Origin: a virus
Virus record (IMG/VR): IMGVR_UViG_3300022925_000005
DNA length: 64,000 nt
Reading direction: 5' to 3' (one strand)
Each line of letters starts with the position of its first letter. Within the stretch, counting starts at the first letter, position 1. The notes below the pieces were generated by a model. It saw only the letters and a list, made by a program, of their open reading frames with translations, was not told the DNA's origin and did not search any database. Shown one piece after another: positions 60,470-64,000 of the stretch. Made by a program: the position numbers and the translations under genes.

Positions 60470-60676
60470 TTATTTAACTGAATCGGAATAAGGTTTAGAT
60501 GGATTATGCCCTGCTGCACCTTTTCCTAACTTTCTACCACCTGATTTCTCAATAGCCTTTTCATCTTTTGATAAATCCAATCCACCATCTGCTTCTAATG
60601 GGGTCTTATCCCCACCTTTAGTATTTGCTTTTGATGATGCCGGTGGTGTTTGTTTTAATCTTTCTTCTAAAGTCAT
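60470..60676 (-). CDS. Hypothetical 68-aa low-complexity protein
   Basis: AGGAG upstream and a late motif at 60696-60704. Confidence 0.65.
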   Translation of the reverse strand: MTLEERLKQTPPASSKANTKGGDKTPLEADGGLDLSKDEKAIEKSGGRKLGKGAAGHNPSKPYSDSVK

Positions 60677-60707
60677 AATTATTCTCCTTTGTGTATATAA
60701 ATATCAA

Positions 60708-61547
60708 TTAAGTATCGAAACGAACAATAAAGTTCAACGGATAATCGGGTAATGATTTAATGGGCTTTGGTAACTTACATACCGCAACCATATTCAATTC
60801 ATTATCATATAACCCTATTGTTGTAATGAATGGTGCTAAATAAGAACCAGTAGGGTCAACTGAAGATGAGTAATCATAATCACCAAATCCACCAAACTTA
60901 GTTGGTTCTATTGTAGATTGAATTGTATTTAATTTAATTTTGTTTGTACCATCATATGCCGATGGGTTTTGTGATACGTTAAATTCACTTTCATTTACCG
61001 ATAGAAATATCTCATTTTCATAAATAGTCATTGTTGAACGATATGATACATCAAATGTATTGATAGTCGTATCATCTACAATACCATCGGTAAGTACAAT
61101 CAATCCCCTATCATAAAATACATTACCTTTATGATTACTAGCAGAATCAATTAAGTTTGAATTACCATCATCGGTTACAGTGATTGAACCATATTCCAAT
61201 TCAACAGAACCTACCTTTAACCCTTCACCATATTTTTGTTGTGGTATTGCAATCACACCAATAGTATCACCAATTACTCTCTCATCAGTAGATGCATAAG
61301 ATACTCTCTTACCAACTTCTGTTAAGATTGATGAGGTTGATGGGTTTAGATAGAATTGTGATTTTATAGAATCATATAAAGTTCTCTTAGATGTACCATC
61401 TGAATTTACATCATCGGTATCCACATCATATAAATCAGTTTGTAGTGTACCATACAATGGTGTAATATCACCAGCATCCAAAGCCCACTCTTTGTAAACT
61501 TTAAAGGGTCTAACTACTACATCTGATTTTGGTATTTCTTTAATCAT
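60708..61547 (-). CDS. Baseplate/tail-collar-like structural protein
   Basis: GNVFYDRGLIV and ITTIGLYDNELNMVAVCKLPKPI; paralog of the 61640-62848 gene. Confidence 0.7.
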   Translation of the reverse strand: MIKEIPKSDVVVRPFKVYKEWALDAGDITPLYGTLQTDLYDVDTDDVNSDGTSKRTLYDSIKSQFYLNPSTSSILTEVGKRVSYASTDERVIGDTIGVIAIPQQKYGEGLKVGSVELEYGSITVTDDGNSNLIDSASNHKGNVFYDRGLIVLTDGIVDDTTINTFDVSYRSTMTIYENEIFLSVNESEFNVSQNPSAYDGTNKIKLNTIQSTIEPTKFGGFGDYDYSSSVDPTGSYLAPFITTIGLYDNELNMVAVCKLPKPIKSLPDYPLNFIVRFDT

Positions 61548-61583
61548 CTAATGAATATACTTTCATATAAATATCTATGAAAC

Positions 61584-61610
61584 AAAAAACCCCCCAATTA
61601 AGGGGGGTTT
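61584..61610 (-). terminator. Rho-independent terminator
   Basis: AAACCCCCC-aattaa-GGGGGGTTT with a T-run on the minus strand. Confidence 0.85.
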
Positions 61611-61639
61611 CATTTGGAGTTTATACTTTTATAATTTTA

Positions 61640-62848
61640 TTAAAATGAAAGTTTAACTTTTATCAATACTTCTTTATCAAATGATTTGTTTATGGGTTGA
61701 GAAGTTTTAGCTACTGCAATTAATTCATTTGAGTTATTTAATAAACCAACAGTTGTAATATACGTTTGTGGGTCAGTATTAAATGTTGTTTCTGCGAAAG
61801 TTCCATCGGCCGCTGTATATGTTGGGTTGTTTGAGTAGTTGAATTCTCTATTCGTTGCTCTTACGAAGAAATGTTGTGTTGATACATTTTCAGTTCTTCT
61901 AGCTTGGAAATCACCACCATTGTCAATTGCTTGAATCAACGTTTTATGATTCTGAGTATCAGCTACAACAGTCTCAACACCCAATAAAGATTCAGATGCT
62001 CCACCAAATGGTTTTACAGTTCCAACAGTTTCTGCCAATGCGGTTGGGTTGAAGATTATAATACCTCTATCTGGGTAGAACAATCCGTATCCTTTTCCAT
62101 TTGCATCGGTTGTTGTGTTAATTGTTGCTTCGTTTTCCGTACCTAAGTTAAGTGAACCACTTACTACTTTAAATACTCTACCAGCTTTACCTAATGTATC
62201 TCCGAACTTCTTACCACTATCATCAATGAAAGTAAAAGTACCATTCGAACCACTTAATTGGATTGACCAGTTTCCAGCATCCATCTTTTCTCTATATCTA
62301 GCTCTATTTACATTGATAGCGTATATTGAGTTTGAATCTTCAAATACGTTAGCCGTAGAGGTTTCAAAAGAAAATTTATCATCAGTCGGGTCTAACAATA
62401 CTGATTTGTATTGTGCGTATGTTGCTTTTGTAGGAAGTAGTGCATCATCGGAATTTTCCAATGAGATTGAACCACTACCATCAACGTGTCCATATGCTAC
62501 TGCAAATTGAACTTCGGCAGTTGAATCAGTTCTTGGGTCAGTACTATACACATCATAATAGTAATTTCCACTCTGTCCAACTTGCGTTGATGAGGTATAA
62601 GCGGCAGTTAAAGAACCAACATCACCAGTCCAAAGACCCGTTGTTACTACTTCTACCTTAGCGTTTACTTTATCGAATTCACCGAATTGTTTGTACACAC
62701 CAGTCGTTACACCAGCACCACTTTGTAATTGTTGACCAGCAGGTAATGCGGAATTTATAATTGAAACGATATCGTTTGTATCGAATGTTCCAGTTGATGC
62801 TAAATCAGCAATTTGTGCTGCAATGTTTGGGTCGTTTATTAATGCCAT
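61640..62848 (-). CDS. Baseplate/tail-collar-like structural protein
   Basis: GLFYPDRGIII, EFNYSNNPTY, YITTVGLLNNSNELIAVAKTSQPINK. Confidence 0.7.
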   Translation of the reverse strand: MALINDPNIAAQIADLASTGTFDTNDIVSIINSALPAGQQLQSGAGVTTGVYKQFGEFDKVNAKVEVVTTGLWTGDVGSLTAAYTSSTQVGQSGNYYYDVYSTDPRTDSTAEVQFAVAYGHVDGSGSISLENSDDALLPTKATYAQYKSVLLDPTDDKFSFETSTANVFEDSNSIYAINVNRARYREKMDAGNWSIQLSGSNGTFTFIDDSGKKFGDTLGKAGRVFKVVSGSLNLGTENEATINTTTDANGKGYGLFYPDRGIIIFNPTALAETVGTVKPFGGASESLLGVETVVADTQNHKTLIQAIDNGGDFQARRTENVSTQHFFVRATNREFNYSNNPTYTAADGTFAETTFNTDPQTYITTVGLLNNSNELIAVAKTSQPINKSFDKEVLIKVKLSF

Positions 62849-62860
62849 ATCTTATTTCCT

Positions 62861-63484
62861 TTATGCTCTATATGTTATAGTTACTGGAATGGTTTGTGAA
62901 CCACCCGTCTCATTACCATAGACCGTAATAGTTGTTGATACATTTGAAGTTAACGCTGGATTTGGTGTGAAGTTAAATGATAATCCACTTACCACTTGTG
63001 CGGTAGTTGTGATTTCTTCTCCCAAGAAAACAGGAACCGAACCGGCTGCTGTTGCTCCTTGCGTTACTGATAGTGTACCAGCTCTTTGGTCTGCTAATAC
63101 AACAGTGTATCCAGCCGAAGAGTTACCAGCAGGTGAAGTAGTAGGAGTCATTGCAACCCCACCTTCATCTTGATAAGCCCCAATAGATGGAATCCCCAAT
63201 GCTACGATTGGAATTTGAGTTGTACCTTTTGGTAGTGTAACCAATTTGTATCTTAATACTTGTGTTTCATCAGGGCTTGCTTCCATTATAGGAATTGCCT
63301 TAATTGCCGAATCATAATATGCACTACCCTTTGGATGTGCTGGTTCGTATAATGTATAATCAATCTCATCATCACCCAATGCGAACTTGGTTATGTTCAA
63401 AGATTGACCTGATGCTAATTTTTGTCTACCTTTTTTGGTTAGAATAGCATCAACTGTAATTGATGTGTTGTTTAAATATCCCAT
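62861..63484 (-). CDS. Baseplate/tail-collar-like structural protein
   Basis: AILTKKGRQKLA..ITKFALGDDEIDY resembles the N-terminal motif of phage tail-collar fibre domains. Confidence 0.65.
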   Translation of the reverse strand: MGYLNNTSITVDAILTKKGRQKLASGQSLNITKFALGDDEIDYTLYEPAHPKGSAYYDSAIKAIPIMEASPDETQVLRYKLVTLPKGTTQIPIVALGIPSIGAYQDEGGVAMTPTTSPAGNSSAGYTVVLADQRAGTLSVTQGATAAGSVPVFLGEEITTTAQVVSGLSFNFTPNPALTSNVSTTITVYGNETGGSQTIPVTITYRA

Positions 63485-63548
63485 AATTTTTTATTACCCT
63501 TTTGATATACTAATAAATATAACATTTTAAAAAATAAATTATTATTGA

Positions 63549-64000
63549 TTAATCTACCTGTAAAATTGGTTCTCCACTACCTCTACCAGTATCAGCCACT
63601 CTAAGAATGTTTGGATTAGTAGTAAATGTTTCTACCGGTGATAAACCATCCGGTGTTGTTTCCGCAGTTTGCTTTGAACCTTCGAAGAATGAATTCTTCA
63701 TACCTTGTGGTAAATTGTTTTTATAACGATAGTGTGTAGGGAAGTATCCAGATAGTGGAGTTACTTCTACTATATCATTTCCAACCGATGGAGCAGAACC
63801 CCCATAAGGTATTGTAGATACTTTGTATCTAAATTTGGTTACATCTACATCTTCATATTTAACACCTTCATTGTTTGAAGTTGCTGGATAACCCTCAGTT
63901 TGAGTTGATATAGTTTCCACATACGATTCTTTGATTAAATAAATTTGCTCTCTTGATGCGGTTAGATTTCCAAATATATCCAGCTTAGTAACAATACAAG
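63549..64000 (-). CDS. C-terminal end of a larger structural protein (5'-partial)
   Basis: The frame stays open from the GTG at 63920 to the window edge (..CIVTKLDIFGNLTASREQIYLIKESYVETIS..). Confidence 0.75.
   Translation of the reverse strand, partial: CIVTKLDIFGNLTASREQIYLIKESYVETISTQTEGYPATSNNEGVKYEDVDVTKFRYKVSTIPYGGSAPSVGNDIVEVTPLSGYFPTHYRYKNNLPQGMKNSFFEGSKQTAETTPDGLSPVETFTTNPNILRVADTGRGSGEPILQVD

Larger units (their letters stand above)
3114..63520 (-). promoter_or_regulatory. Dispersed putative late-promoter motif ATA(T/C)TTAT(A): 14 minus-strand copies (one more on the plus strand)
   Basis: Copies start at 3114, 18767, 20288, 23318, 28890, 31173, 34153, 38619, 39021, 43842, 54579, 60696, 61566 and 63512. 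All are intergenic, mostly 5-50 nt upstream of a start codon. Confidence 0.85.

Noticed and set aside
1-64000. Stop-codon reassignment, as seen in some Bacteroidota phages
   Set aside because: Genes are full length and tightly packed under the standard code, and TAG and TGA both end genes (e.g. 54807 and 41304).

Overview
This is 64 kb of a large, AT-rich tailed-phage genome with a T4-type head and neck module. Four Bacteroidota-type TTTG-N20-TAnnTTTG promoters suggest a Bacteroidota host. Every gene but one is on the minus strand. In transcription order it holds: baseplate/tail-collar-like genes; a GIY-YIG-like protein; primase; a fused Mre11-Rad50 (SbcDC) gene; a UDP-sugar dehydrogenase; a divergent 56-aa RHH regulator missed by the ORF track; a 3561-aa tail fibre with a Hint domain and an S74 chaperone; a protein-heptosylation cassette (GT4-MTase-GT25, a TibC/AAH-type heptosyltransferase, split HldE) bracketed by two paralogous coiled-coil genes; a 1472-aa modular polyprotein; terminase, portal, head-core proteins, prohead protease, scaffold, major capsid and neck proteins; and a cluster of giant repeat proteins. 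The strongest candidate for a new system is the 4057-aa protein. It has 21 Cys-x-Arg-Asp units whose motif spacing matches the phycobiliprotein (globin-fold) bilin site, plus exactly 21 separate amphipathic helices. The two repeat types are ordered as a balanced nested series (H5 C3 H7 C6 H4 C3 H4 C3 H1 C6), which predicts a single-chain branched, tree-like structure. No tRNA, rRNA, CRISPR array or integrase was seen. All family calls come from motif recognition by eye; no searches were run.
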